A stretch of 64,000 nt of DNA, taken from Ostreococcus lucimarinus. Taxonomy: Eukaryota. A program made the position numbers and the translations under genes. Positions 21,166 through 30,549 of this stretch are shown here, piece after piece (positions within the stretch are counted from its first letter, which is position 1; every line of letters starts with the position of its first letter). Below the pieces are notes generated by a model. The model was not told the origin of the DNA. It worked only from the letters and a program-made list of their open reading frames with translations, and made no database searches. Location: the NCBI GenBank assembly GCA_000092065.1, contig CP000584.1; one strand, 5' to 3'.

Positions 21166-21279
21166 CGCGCGCGAACGCCGAACGAGAGAACGCGTAGGGA
21201 ATTAATTAGGCACGCGCCCGAGCGAGCGGCGCGGTATGAATACAAAACTCAGAGCTTTAGCGACGCGACGTCGCCGAGG

Positions 21280-21915
21280 TCACCTCGCCGCGTCTCGAGC
21301 GGCGACTTGTCGCGCGATGAAATCGGCGTTGATCTCCCGGCACAGCGCCTCCTCGCACCCCACCGCGACTTCGATTCCGGCGTCCAGCAGCGTCTGAATC
21401 CCTCCGCCAGAGACGCGCGGATCCGGATCGATGAATCCCACGACGACGCGCGCCACGCCCGCGTCCACGAGCGCGCGCGCGCACGGCGGCGTCCGTCCGT
21501 AGTGATTACACGGTTCGAGCGTCACGTACGCCGTCGCCCCTCTCGCGAGTTCTCCCGCCGCGCGCAGCGCGAACACCTCGGCGTGCGGTTCGCCCGCTTT
21601 CGGGTGATATCCCTCGCCGACGACGACGTCCTCGCGCGCGTCCACCACGACGCACCCGACGCGCGGATTCGGAAACGTCTCCGCCGTCGTCGCCGTCGCC
21701 GCGACTTCCAGCGCGCGCCGCATGTGCGCCTCGTCTTTCGCGTCCGTCGCGGACGTCGTCGTCGGCGCGACGTCCCCGCTCGAGCTCCCGCGCCGCGCGC
21801 GTCTCGGTCGCCGCGTCGTCGCGTCGCGGCGTTTCGTCGACGCCGCGCGCCGCGCGTCGCGCGCCCCGCACGCGCGCGCGCCGACGCGCGCGCGCGCGAC
21901 CGTCGCGGTCGCCAT
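21280..21915 (-). CDS. riboflavin-biosynthesis RibD-type deaminase (CMP/dCMP deaminase fold), plastid-targeted
   Basis: Zinc-binding HAEV...PCNHYGRTPPC motifs and RVGCVVVD...GEGYH. Confidence 0.75.
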   Translation of the reverse strand: MATATVARARVGARACGARDARRAASTKRRDATTRRPRRARRGSSSGDVAPTTTSATDAKDEAHMRRALEVAATATTAETFPNPRVGCVVVDAREDVVVGEGYHPKAGEPHAEVFALRAAGELARGATAYVTLEPCNHYGRTPPCARALVDAGVARVVVGFIDPDPRVSGGGIQTLLDAGIEVAVGCEEALCREINADFIARQVAARDAAR

Positions 21916-22001
21916 CGCCGCCGTCTCGCGCCGCGCCGCGTCCTCGCGCGCGCGTCTGCGGCGGCGGCACTTCGCGACGCGACGGCGACCGCGCGACCGC
22001 G

Positions 22002-22170
22002 ATGTCCGCCGACACCGCGTCGCTCGTCGCGAACGCGCGGCAGCAGATCGCGCGCTTGCTGACGCAGCTCGCGGACCTGGAGGACGCGCGGGAGGTGCGC
22101 GCGACGGCGCGCGACGGCCGACGCGGCGACGACGGATGAATGCGTGGAACGACGATTGCGAATGGCTGAC

Positions 22171-22206
<36 letters not shown>

Positions 22207-22613
22207 AGGAGTTCGACGACGATGAGTACGCGGAGACGAAGGCGGCGACGCTGACGCAGCTGGACGCGTTCAAGACGTCGCTGCAGCGCATGACGACCGG
22301 GGACGTGACGCTCGAGGACGAGCTCGCGACGGTGAAGGCGGCGACGAAGGCGGCGATCGCGAGCGCGTTCAGGACGCCGGAGGTTTTGAAGATGTTCGCG
22401 CTGCGACAGCCGGACGAACTGCGAGAGCGGATGCAGCGAGCGGCGAGGGACGTGATGCTTGGGAAGATGAGCGCGGAGCGGGGTGAAGTGATACGGGTGG
22501 AGGCGCTGACGGCGCTGAAGAAACTGGGAAGCGAGTTGGAGGCGGAGGAATTGGAGTTTTTACGCGCGCACATGACGCGCGGGTTGACGGATTTCGTGGA
22601 CGCGGTGGAGTGA
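22002..22613 (+). CDS. LZIC: LZIC (leucine zipper and ICAT-homologous domain protein); join(22002..22094,22209..22613)
   Basis: Exon 1 MSADTASLVANARQQIARLLTQLADLEDARE. Exon 2 EFDDDEYAETKAATLTQLDAFKTSLQRMTTGDVTLEDEL...AFRTPEVLKMFALRQPDELRERMQRAARDVMLGKM...LKKLGSELEAEELEFLRAHM matches human LZIC ([37 protein letters not shown]...). Intron 22095..22208 has donor GTGCGC, a (GAC)n tract and a gactgac branch. Confidence 0.75.
22171..22205. repeat. (GAC)n microsatellite inside the LZIC intron
   Basis: gacgacgacgac... read directly. Confidence 0.8.
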
Positions 22614-22676
22614 GCGGACGTAGCGCTGCGGGCGGTTGTAGTATTATATATATGTGTGGTAGCTTGCCTGGCGTGG

Positions 22677-25600
22677 TTAGGGCTGCGGGCGCGCTTGGAC
22701 GATGCAAATTTCCCCAGAGGGAAGGATGCAGCCTTCGACGTCTTGCGGGAGCGTCTCGCCGCGCGGACTCAACTCGCGCTCGAGCTCAGAGCCGATGGCG
22801 AGAAGTTTGGTGGCGATTTCGTCGCGCTTCGCGACGTCGTTGTGAAGCCAGTGGGATGCGTAATCCGCGGCGACAGATTTCATTCCGGTTGCCGAGTCGT
22901 CATCGCGGACGAGGGCGGTTCCGAACGAGGCGAACGCATTCACCGTCGCTTTGCCGGATCGCTTGTCGACGCTCACGCGGCAGGGCGATCCTCGAACCGC
23001 GCCCGACGCCAAAGTCTCGCCCAAACCGAGCGCAAACTCGACGTACGCTTCGTTATTATCATTTGTGAGCGGGTGCTTCGTGTGTAGAACGAAACTGACC
23101 TCGGGCGAGAGCATCTCTTGGACGAGGACGCACATGTGCGCCTCGAGTTGATCGACGCCGGCGGCGGCGCGAGAAGCCACGGCGCGAGTGGTGTACAGGG
23201 ACGCCCATACCTCGCCAACAGCGCGACTGAATGCGTCTTCCGAGTTCGGGTCGACATTTGGGATGGAATCGTACAAACCAGCCGCGGACATCCCCTCGAG
23301 ATCTTCAACGTTGGCGCTACTTCGAACCATGACGCGCGCATTCGGGCCAAACTTTTCAGCGACGGATTGCAGCGCGCTCGCGGACGGCTTGAGCGAACGA
23401 ACGAGGTTCTGGATGGCTTCGCACGTGTGTCGCATCCTCACTGGGTCGTCCGCGTACTGGTTGAGTTCGAGGAGCAAACTGTCGAGATGTTCGAGCTTGC
23501 TGATGCTCGCGCACGCGAATTCCATTGCGCCGAATGGAATGACGACACCGGCGGGCGCGGCGAACGCCGCCGATCCAGAAGAGTTTTCGGCGATAGTGCT
23601 CAATCGTGCGCACATAGCGGACTTCGTACCGGCGATGCGAATCGACTTTTCGAGTCCACGCTTGTCCAGCGCGACGAGATCGAACACGGTTCCCGCTCTT
23701 GAGAGATCAGTGTCGAGGCGGATCACGGGTTTCGTCGCCTGTGGCCCCGCTTCGCTTGAAGCAGCCGCAACAGACGCCGGAGCCGTCGTTGGCTCGAGCT
23801 TAATTCCAGTGGTTTCCGCACTGAGCTTCACGGCAGGTTCATTCGCCAAAGAACGCGCGTAGTCGACAAGCTTGTCGTCTTCGACGGCGATGAGGGGCAC
23901 TTTGGCTTGACGCGCGCGAAGCGCCAAATGACTGAGATGCGGCAACGCGTGACACAGCACCACGCCGCGCACGTTCGGGCCGCACGTCGACACTTCTTCA
24001 TCACCATCAGCACTAGCAACGAGCACGATTACTGGCTCGGTGAACTGCGCGCACTCTTCGGGCGTGAGCCTTTCGACGCACTTGAGCGCGCCGATAGCCT
24101 CGCCTTGCACGACGCAATCCCATCCAGCGGCGCCGGTGATTTGCCGGCTGACTCGCAGCAACAAGGAAGCGATCTTGGCGGATTGGAACACTACGCTCGC
24201 GCGAATCTGACCTTCTGTGAACACACTGATTGAGCCGTGGTCAATACCGAGCGCATTGCCGAGACTCGACGCCCGTCCATCGAATAAAGATTCCAACAGC
24301 GAACAAAAGTCGACGGCGCCGCGTCGAGCGCGTTCGGCGACGGCTTGGACGCGCAAACCGCCTTCCTCGCCCGCGGGCAAACCATTACGAGCCAGTGCTT
24401 CGGCTTCGGACGCGATTGCCTCTAGCTCGTTATCGCCTCCTGCACTCAGCGCCATGGTGCGAGAAGTCAAAGCCAGCGCCTCAAGAGTGAGTTTTACTTC
24501 GCTCGCGCTGATGTCGTTTCGCGGCGGCTCAGACTCTGCGCCGAGCGCGTTGAGCAATCGGCTCAACAACACGAACGCGTAATCTTCCATGCTCACCTCG
24601 GCCAAGCGCCACTGTTGACGCGTCGATGATTCAGCTTGACCCAAATCCCCGCCCGATTCCAAGGCGGCGGTGATGTCCGTTCGCGCGTCGTGAATAGCAC
24701 GCAAGCACGCGACGAGCGCGCTCATAGTCGTTTGATCGCCCACGCGGTCGCTCGCAGGAAGCGCATCCACGGTCGCCTTCGCAGAGAGAAACTTCTTTGA
24801 GCTATCGGCCGCACGGCCAGGGGCGCCATTTTCGTTCGCGATACGATCGATGCGATCGGCCACAGAGGAGGCGTTGAAGAATTCCTTGAGCTCGCGATAG
24901 AAAATCTTAAACTCGTTGACAAACTCTTCGGGGTAGTCGGTTCCCGGAGCGGTGAGTTTGGCGAGCATAGATTCCGTCGCAACTAGATCCTCGGGACCAG
25001 CGCAGCGATGGAGTTTGTTCTGAATCGTGTGCTTGATTTCTTGTCGAACTTCGCGACATTTCCCATGTTGATCACCCTTGCCGTGCGCGATGTCGCGAAT
25101 GCGCGTCAGCGGCACGCTTTGCGTGAACTCGGCGGTGAACGCGGGGAGTCGTGGATGCAGACGGCGAATCAACGCACGAAGCTCACGCGCGCGGTAAATA
25201 TCACCACCACTCGCAACATCGTTCGCGAAACGTTCCGCAGCCTCGATTGCGCCGTACATACGTTCAGCCGAACCGGCGTGGTGGTTTGGACGGTAGTGCG
25301 TACCGTCCTCGACGCACGCGATGGCGCCGACAGATATCCAAAATAAATACACAGTAGCGTACGCCAAAGAGTCAACGTCGGCGCCGTCATCGCAAATTAG
25401 CTTCTCAACCATTTGCAGTTTCTGTCTCCATGAAGAAGAGTCGCGATCGCCCTCGACGATACGGCGCGCGGCGTCGGCGAGATTATCCGTGTTCCACTGA
25501 AGGTTACGTTCGCCGCCGCCGCCTTTGTGCGTTTGTAATTTCACTTCTTGACCGCGCCACTGGTTCAGCGCCGCGAAACTCGTGTCTTCGGTGACTTTGA

Positions 25601-26687
25601 TCGGTTCGACTTGCGGTGGCGGTGGCGGTGGCGGCGGCGGCGGCGGCGACGGCGCTTCCGCGCTCGGCACCTCCCGACGCCGCTCGGGCGTTTCTCTGCG
25701 CTCTTGACGCGACGGCGAATCGACCGCACCGATCGCGCCCGAAAGATCAAACACCAAATCTCTCCCATCGTGCTTGTACCACACCTTGCAATCTTGCGTG
25801 CGAATCAAGCACACGACCGACGCCACGTCACCGTCGCGCGGTTCGACGGCCAGCTCGACGATTTGCTCGCCGCTCCCGTCGTCCCGAAACCCCGACTCGC
25901 ACGACTTCCCATCCGGCGCGCGCGAATTCATCGGCACCGCTCGCAGCGCATCATACGGCGACCACCATTCGCCGCCGGCGCGCGACTGCACCCCCCAGTG
26001 TAGCAACAAGTTCCTCGAATCGCTTCCGCGAGCGTCCACCTCGCTCGTCCGCAGCGTCAGCGTCGCCCCCCCGCCCGCGCGCGCCTTCACCGCGTACGCC
26101 AACCTCGCCGTCGCGCCTTCGCTCGACCGCAGCTCCATCGTTTCCCACGCCTTTCCGTCTCGTCCCTCGCCCGCCCGTCGCGTCGAATCACCGACCGACC
26201 GTTCGCGCGTCGTCGACGCGCCGCCGTCTCGCGCCGCGTTCAAACCGTTCAAACCGTCCGCTCGCCGCACCTCCGCCGCGAGCGCCTCCAGCGTCGCGCG
26301 CGCGTCGTCCGCGCGGAACGGGTCCTTGACGCCGCGCGCGACGCACCCCGCGCGTCCGCGCGCGCCCGTCGTCGCGCCCGTCGTCGTCGTCGCGCGTCGT
26401 CGTCGTCGCGCCAGCGCTGGCGTCGTCGTCGCGTCGCTCGCGCGCGCGCCTCGCGCGTCGCGATGCGCGCGCGCGCCGCCGAGTCGCGCGCGCGCGGGCG
26501 CGGCGCGCGTCGTCGCGCGCATCGCGCTCGACGCGCGCGCTCGCGCCCGTCGCGCGTCGCGATGTCGCGCCGGCGCGGCCGACGCCACATCGCGACGCGT
26601 CGAGCGCCGACCGACGCGCGCGACGCCGACGCGCGACGGCGCGAACGCGGCGACGCGCGACGCGCGACGCGCTCCTGTCGTCGCCAT
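22677..26687 (-). CDS. GWD: alpha-glucan water dikinase (GWD/R1; starch phosphorylation), plastid-targeted
   Basis: C-terminal PEP-utilising/PPDK-type nucleotide-binding domain (VMVRSSANVEDLEGMSAAGLYDS). N-terminal starch-binding repeats (LHWGVQSRAGGEWWSPY). Start chosen at the ATG at 26687..26685 (MATTGARRASR...). Further upstream is antisense of UTP4. Confidence 0.85.
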   Translation of the reverse strand: MATTGARRASRVAAFAPSRVGVARVGRRSTRRDVASAAPARHRDARRARARASSAMRATTRAAPARARLGGARAHRDARGARASDATTTPALARRRRRATTTTGATTGARGRAGCVARGVKDPFRADDARATLEALAAEVRRADGLNGLNAARDGGASTTRERSVGDSTRRAGEGRDGKAWETMELRSSEGATARLAYAVKARAGGGATLTLRTSEVDARGSDSRNLLLHWGVQSRAGGEWWSPYDALRAVPMNSRAPDGKSCESGFRDDGSGEQIVELAVEPRDGDVASVVCLIRTQDCKVWYKHDGRDLVFDLSGAIGAVDSPSRQERRETPERRREVPSAEAPSPPPPPPPPPPPQVEPIKVTEDTSFAALNQWRGQEVKLQTHKGGGGERNLQWNTDNLADAARRIVEGDRDSSSWRQKLQMVEKLICDDGADVDSLAYATVYLFWISVGAIACVEDGTHYRPNHHAGSAERMYGAIEAAERFANDVASGGDIYRARELRALIRRLHPRLPAFTAEFTQSVPLTRIRDIAHGKGDQHGKCREVRQEIKHTIQNKLHRCAGPEDLVATESMLAKLTAPGTDYPEEFVNEFKIFYRELKEFFNASSVADRIDRIANENGAPGRAADSSKKFLSAKATVDALPASDRVGDQTTMSALVACLRAIHDARTDITAALESGGDLGQAESSTRQQWRLAEVSMEDYAFVLLSRLLNALGAESEPPRNDISASEVKLTLEALALTSRTMALSAGGDNELEAIASEAEALARNGLPAGEEGGLRVQAVAERARRGAVDFCSLLESLFDGRASSLGNALGIDHGSISVFTEGQIRASVVFQSAKIASLLLRVSRQITGAAGWDCVVQGEAIGALKCVERLTPEECAQFTEPVIVLVASADGDEEVSTCGPNVRGVVLCHALPHLSHLALRARQAKVPLIAVEDDKLVDYARSLANEPAVKLSAETTGIKLEPTTAPASVAAASSEAGPQATKPVIRLDTDLSRAGTVFDLVALDKRGLEKSIRIAGTKSAMCARLSTIAENSSGSAAFAAPAGVVIPFGAMEFACASISKLEHLDSLLLELNQYADDPVRMRHTCEAIQNLVRSLKPSASALQSVAEKFGPNARVMVRSSANVEDLEGMSAAGLYDSIPNVDPNSEDAFSRAVGEVWASLYTTRAVASRAAAGVDQLEAHMCVLVQEMLSPEVSFVLHTKHPLTNDNNEAYVEFALGLGETLASGAVRGSPCRVSVDKRSGKATVNAFASFGTALVRDDDSATGMKSVAADYASHWLHNDVAKRDEIATKLLAIGSELERELSPRGETLPQDVEGCILPSGEICIVQARPQP

Positions 26688-29109
26688 GCTCGAGCTCCAC
26701 CGCGGGCGCTTCGTGGAGTGGACGCCGAGCGCGGTGACGGCGCTCGCGGTCGCGCCCGGCGGCGCCCTCGTCGCGTGCGCGCGCGAGAGCGGCGCGATCG
26801 AGGCGTACGACGGCGAGTGGCGGTGCGTCGCGCGCGTCCCGGGAAGCGCGGACGCGGCGACGAGCGCGCTGGCGTGGTGCGAGGCGTTCGCGGACGACGA
26901 CGGGGCGACGACGCGGGACGAGGAGGCGGCGGCGGCGGCGACGAAAAAAGAGGAACGACGACGCGAACGACGACGACGAGGAGGCGCGGACGCGCGAAGA
27001 GCGACGCTGCTGAGCGCCTCGCTCGATGGACGCGTTCGGGCGTGGGATCTGGCGACGGGACGGACGACGAGCGAGACGGACAGCCGAGGAGGGGCGATTT
27101 GGGCGATGGAGGCGCAGCCGAGGACGCGGACGAGAAGAGGCGACGCGCAGCTCGTGGCGATCGCGTGCGACGATGGGTGCGCGAGAGTGCTGACGATGGT
27201 GGCGGGGAAAGACGTGGGAAGCGGGTTGGCGCATAAACGGGCGTTTCTGCGAGTGCAGGGTCGATTGCTGAGCCTGGCGTGGCACCCGAGCGAACCGCTG
27301 TTGGCGTGCGGGTCGTCGAGAGGCGCGGCGCACGTCATGGATTGCGTCAATTACAACGAGCTGATGCGCGTGTCGGTGTGTAATATTCCTCACGGGGCGC
27401 ATGGGATACTGAACGCCGGAGATGAGCACTGCGTGTGGGCGCTCAAGTATCTTCCGGACGGGACGCTCGTGACTGGGGATTCGGATGGCGCGGTGACGTT
27501 TTGGGACGGGAAGTTTTCCACCGAGTTGGTGCGATACCAGCAGCACAAGGCTGACGTGCTCGCGCTTGCGACGACTCCGAGTGGGAACAAAGTGTTCGCC
27601 TCGGGTGTGGATTCGCAAGTGGCGGAGTTTGAAAAGCTCGACGAGCACTTGGACAAGGAGGAGGGATACAATCAGTGGACGTACACGACGAGTAAACGAC
27701 CGCACACGCACGACGTGCGCGCGCTCGCCATGCTGACGACGGGCGCGGACGACGAGGACGGTATATTAATTTCGGGTGGTAACGACGCGCAACTCTTAGC
27801 GTACAATGCGGGGTCGTTTAGGAAGCAGCATCCGGTGCGCGTCGTGAGCGTGCCGCAGCGAACGCCGATTTCCATCACGAGCGTTGGGGGACCGAATCCG
27901 CCGCTTCTTCTCGCAGAGCACGCAAAATGGTTAGACATTTGGCGCATTGGTGAAAGTCGCAAGCGCGCGGATAAAAAAGAAGGCACGATGAAGCTCGCTT
28001 CGGCACCGGCGCACGTGTTGCGTGCCGAGCTTGCGGGGACGCGGCACATTTTATGCTCGGCTATTTCACCAAATGGTAAAATGATCGCGGTAAGCGACGT
28101 TCACAGCCTGAGACTGTTCGATATCCAATCACCAAAAGAAGGCGACGACGACTTGACGTGGTCGATTCGTCGTCAAGAACCCCCAGCGGGCGTGACTTCG
28201 GCTCAACTTCTCGCGTTTGCGCCCGATGGAAAGCACCTCACCGCCGTGTCGAATTCGGGCGCCGTGTACGTCATAGACCTCGAGGACTGGGTGGTTTCGA
28301 ACGTCCTCAAGTCGCACTTGCCAAAGCAAAGCGCCGCGGCCGAGGCTCTCGCGGAGGCGGTGCGTCAATCGAGTCAAGGCGTGGAAACGGTTACCGCAAA
28401 CGACATCGCGGTTCCCGTGGTGAGTCACCTGAGAGTGAGTAGCGACAACCAATGGCTCGTTGTCGTCACCGCGCGCGGCGGTGATGAAGCCGAGCGCGCC
28501 GTGGATGGTTTGGCGCCATCCTTCGGTGGCGGTGTTCACGTATACAACTTCGATACGATGAAGCTTCACGTATCTTTACCTCCCCCAAAGACGCACGCGT
28601 TGTGGCCGCCGATTTCGTCCGTCGCGGTGAGCGCCGACGGTGTCTTGGCGCTCGCCGGCCCTTCCAACGCGCTCTTTACGTACGACATCGACAGCGTGAA
28701 ACCGACAAAGTGGAGCGCCGCGCTCGCCGACGCCGGCGTCGACGCTCCAACAGCACTTCGCGAGATGCCCGGCCAGATTTGCGGTTTGAGCTTTGATCCA
28801 AAGTCAAAAAAGTCAGTGTTGCTCGCGCACACGCCCACCGCCATCGCGCGGGTGGATTTGAACGCCAAAATCACCGACGACGCGACTACAACGTCCAAGA
28901 AAAAACGCAGACGCGAGCGCGAGCGTGGGGCTCCCGAAAATTACGCCACAAGCGACGCCCCCGGAGGCGTTCGCGTCGTTAAACTCGACAACCCGTGCTT
29001 GTATTTGGGTTACGCCGGCGTGAACAAGGCACTTTTGATCGAGCGTCCGTGGGCCGACGTACTCAAGTCCTTGGCGCAGCCGTTGTACAGGCATAGATTC
29101 GGCACCTAA
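26686..29109 (+). CDS. UTP4: U3 snoRNP protein UTP4/Cirhin (WD40 repeat)
   Basis: MLELHRGRFVEWTPSAVTALAVAPGGALVACARESGAIEAYD matches the Cirhin N-terminus (MGEFKVHRVRFFNYVPSG...). The C-terminus ends ...LYRHRFGT, like Cirhin ...KKKKFGT. The track ORF upstream of 26686 is antisense of GWD. Confidence 0.8.
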   Translation: MLELHRGRFVEWTPSAVTALAVAPGGALVACARESGAIEAYDGEWRCVARVPGSADAATSALAWCEAFADDDGATTRDEEAAAAATKKEERRRERRRRGGADARRATLLSASLDGRVRAWDLATGRTTSETDSRGGAIWAMEAQPRTRTRRGDAQLVAIACDDGCARVLTMVAGKDVGSGLAHKRAFLRVQGRLLSLAWHPSEPLLACGSSRGAAHVMDCVNYNELMRVSVCNIPHGAHGILNAGDEHCVWALKYLPDGTLVTGDSDGAVTFWDGKFSTELVRYQQHKADVLALATTPSGNKVFASGVDSQVAEFEKLDEHLDKEEGYNQWTYTTSKRPHTHDVRALAMLTTGADDEDGILISGGNDAQLLAYNAGSFRKQHPVRVVSVPQRTPISITSVGGPNPPLLLAEHAKWLDIWRIGESRKRADKKEGTMKLASAPAHVLRAELAGTRHILCSAISPNGKMIAVSDVHSLRLFDIQSPKEGDDDLTWSIRRQEPPAGVTSAQLLAFAPDGKHLTAVSNSGAVYVIDLEDWVVSNVLKSHLPKQSAAAEALAEAVRQSSQGVETVTANDIAVPVVSHLRVSSDNQWLVVVTARGGDEAERAVDGLAPSFGGGVHVYNFDTMKLHVSLPPPKTHALWPPISSVAVSADGVLALAGPSNALFTYDIDSVKPTKWSAALADAGVDAPTALREMPGQICGLSFDPKSKKSVLLAHTPTAIARVDLNAKITDDATTTSKKKRRRERERGAPENYATSDAPGGVRVVKLDNPCLYLGYAGVNKALLIERPWADVLKSLAQPLYRHRFGT

Positions 29110-29170
29110 TCGGCCCGAAATTGTTCAATACGATGAAGTAGTCTAAAATGATGTCGGTCGATTAAAATTC

Positions 29171-30099
29171 CTATTGTTGCAAACCGAGCAACATGTTCGC
29201 GCCACCGCCCGGCAAGTACATGACGTTGCGGCTTCGCGCGAGCGTCTGCGCAATCTCCTTGCTCGCTTCGATTCGGCGCAGCTCGACGAGCGCTGGGCCG
29301 GCAGCCTTGGTCGCTTGCGAGATCAAACGCGCGGATTCGGATTCACCCTCGGCGCGAATAATCGCAGCCTCTCGCTCTTGCTCGGACCGCTTCACGACGT
29401 AGGCCGCGCGTTCCGCTTCCTGTTGACTCACTTGCTTTGCTTCGATCGCCTTGGTGTACTCGGAGGAGAAGCTCAAGTGCGTCAGCGCGACGTCGTCTAA
29501 GATGATGCCGAAATCAGCCGCTCGCAGTCGCAAAGCCTCGCTGACTCGCTGACTCACCAATTGACGCTGCGTCAGCAACTGATCCGCGTTGAACTGCGCC
29601 ACGGTCGCCTTCAAAACTTCGTTCCCGATCGACGGCAACACCCGATCATCGTAGTCTTGCCCGAGCTCTTGATGAATCTTCGGCAGCTTGTCCACGTCCG
29701 GTCTGCACAGCACCCGCAGCGTCAAGTTCACCTGCTGCAAATCCTTCGTCCCCGTCACCGACGTCAGCGACTTCGCTCGCGTGCGCACGTCGTAAATCGT
29801 CGGGTTCTGAATGAACGGCACCACGAAGTGCGTGCCCTCGCCCGACGTCACCGGAAGCACCCCTCTGAAGCGGTCGAACATGACCGCGCGTTCGCCCCCG
29901 TCCACTGCGTACGATTACGCCCCGCGCGCGCGTCTCGTCAGTCTTCGCGCGCCTTCGCGCCGCGCGGGCGGTCGTATCATTTACGCGCCGCGCGTCAATC
30001 GCCTTCGCGTCGCGTCGCGTCGCGTCGACGACGCGCGCTCGTCGACGATTCGCGTCACCAACCCTCGATCGAGGCGTCGTCGCGTGCGTTCGCCGTCGT

Positions 30100-30132
<33 letters not shown>

Positions 30133-30236
30133 CGTCGCGCACCGTCGTAGATGGCCTGCGACGCCACGGAGGCGCCGACGCCGATCGTCACCGCCGCGCG
30201 GGCGAGATTCGTGAGCGCGTTCGCGGCGGCGCTCAT
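29171..30236 (-). CDS. PHB: prohibitin; complement(join(29171..29904,30143..30236))
   Basis: Exon 2 DGGERAVMFDRFRGV...PGGGANMLLGLQQ is prohibitin. Exon 1 MSAAANALTNLARAAVTIGVGASVASQAIYD supplies the TM anchor. The intron is phase 1 with donor GTGCGC, a (GCGTC)n tract, a gactgac branch and acceptor cag. The junction reads ...AIYDVDGGERAVMF, cf. ALYNVDAGHRAVIF. Confidence 0.85.
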
Positions 30237-30549
30237 GGATTCCGGAGCGACGCGACGCGATGTGACGACGACCACTTCGCGGCGCGTCGCGCGGCGCGCG
30301 CGCGCGCGGATGGGCGAGCGCGCGAGTCAGTGGGAACACCAAGCGCAGTTCGCGGGCGAGCTGTTCGTCGGGACGAGCGCGCTGGTGGGGGGATTCTTGA
30401 CGTTCATGTATTGTCACCTGCGAGCGCAAAAGCGTCGCCGCGACCGCGAGCGGTTGCTGTCGCGACAGCAGGAGGCGTTGTTGTAATAGATGAAGAAATT
30501 TGTGTTTGCTTATTAACGCGGCGAATGTTCGGGGACGATCGCGCGTGGA

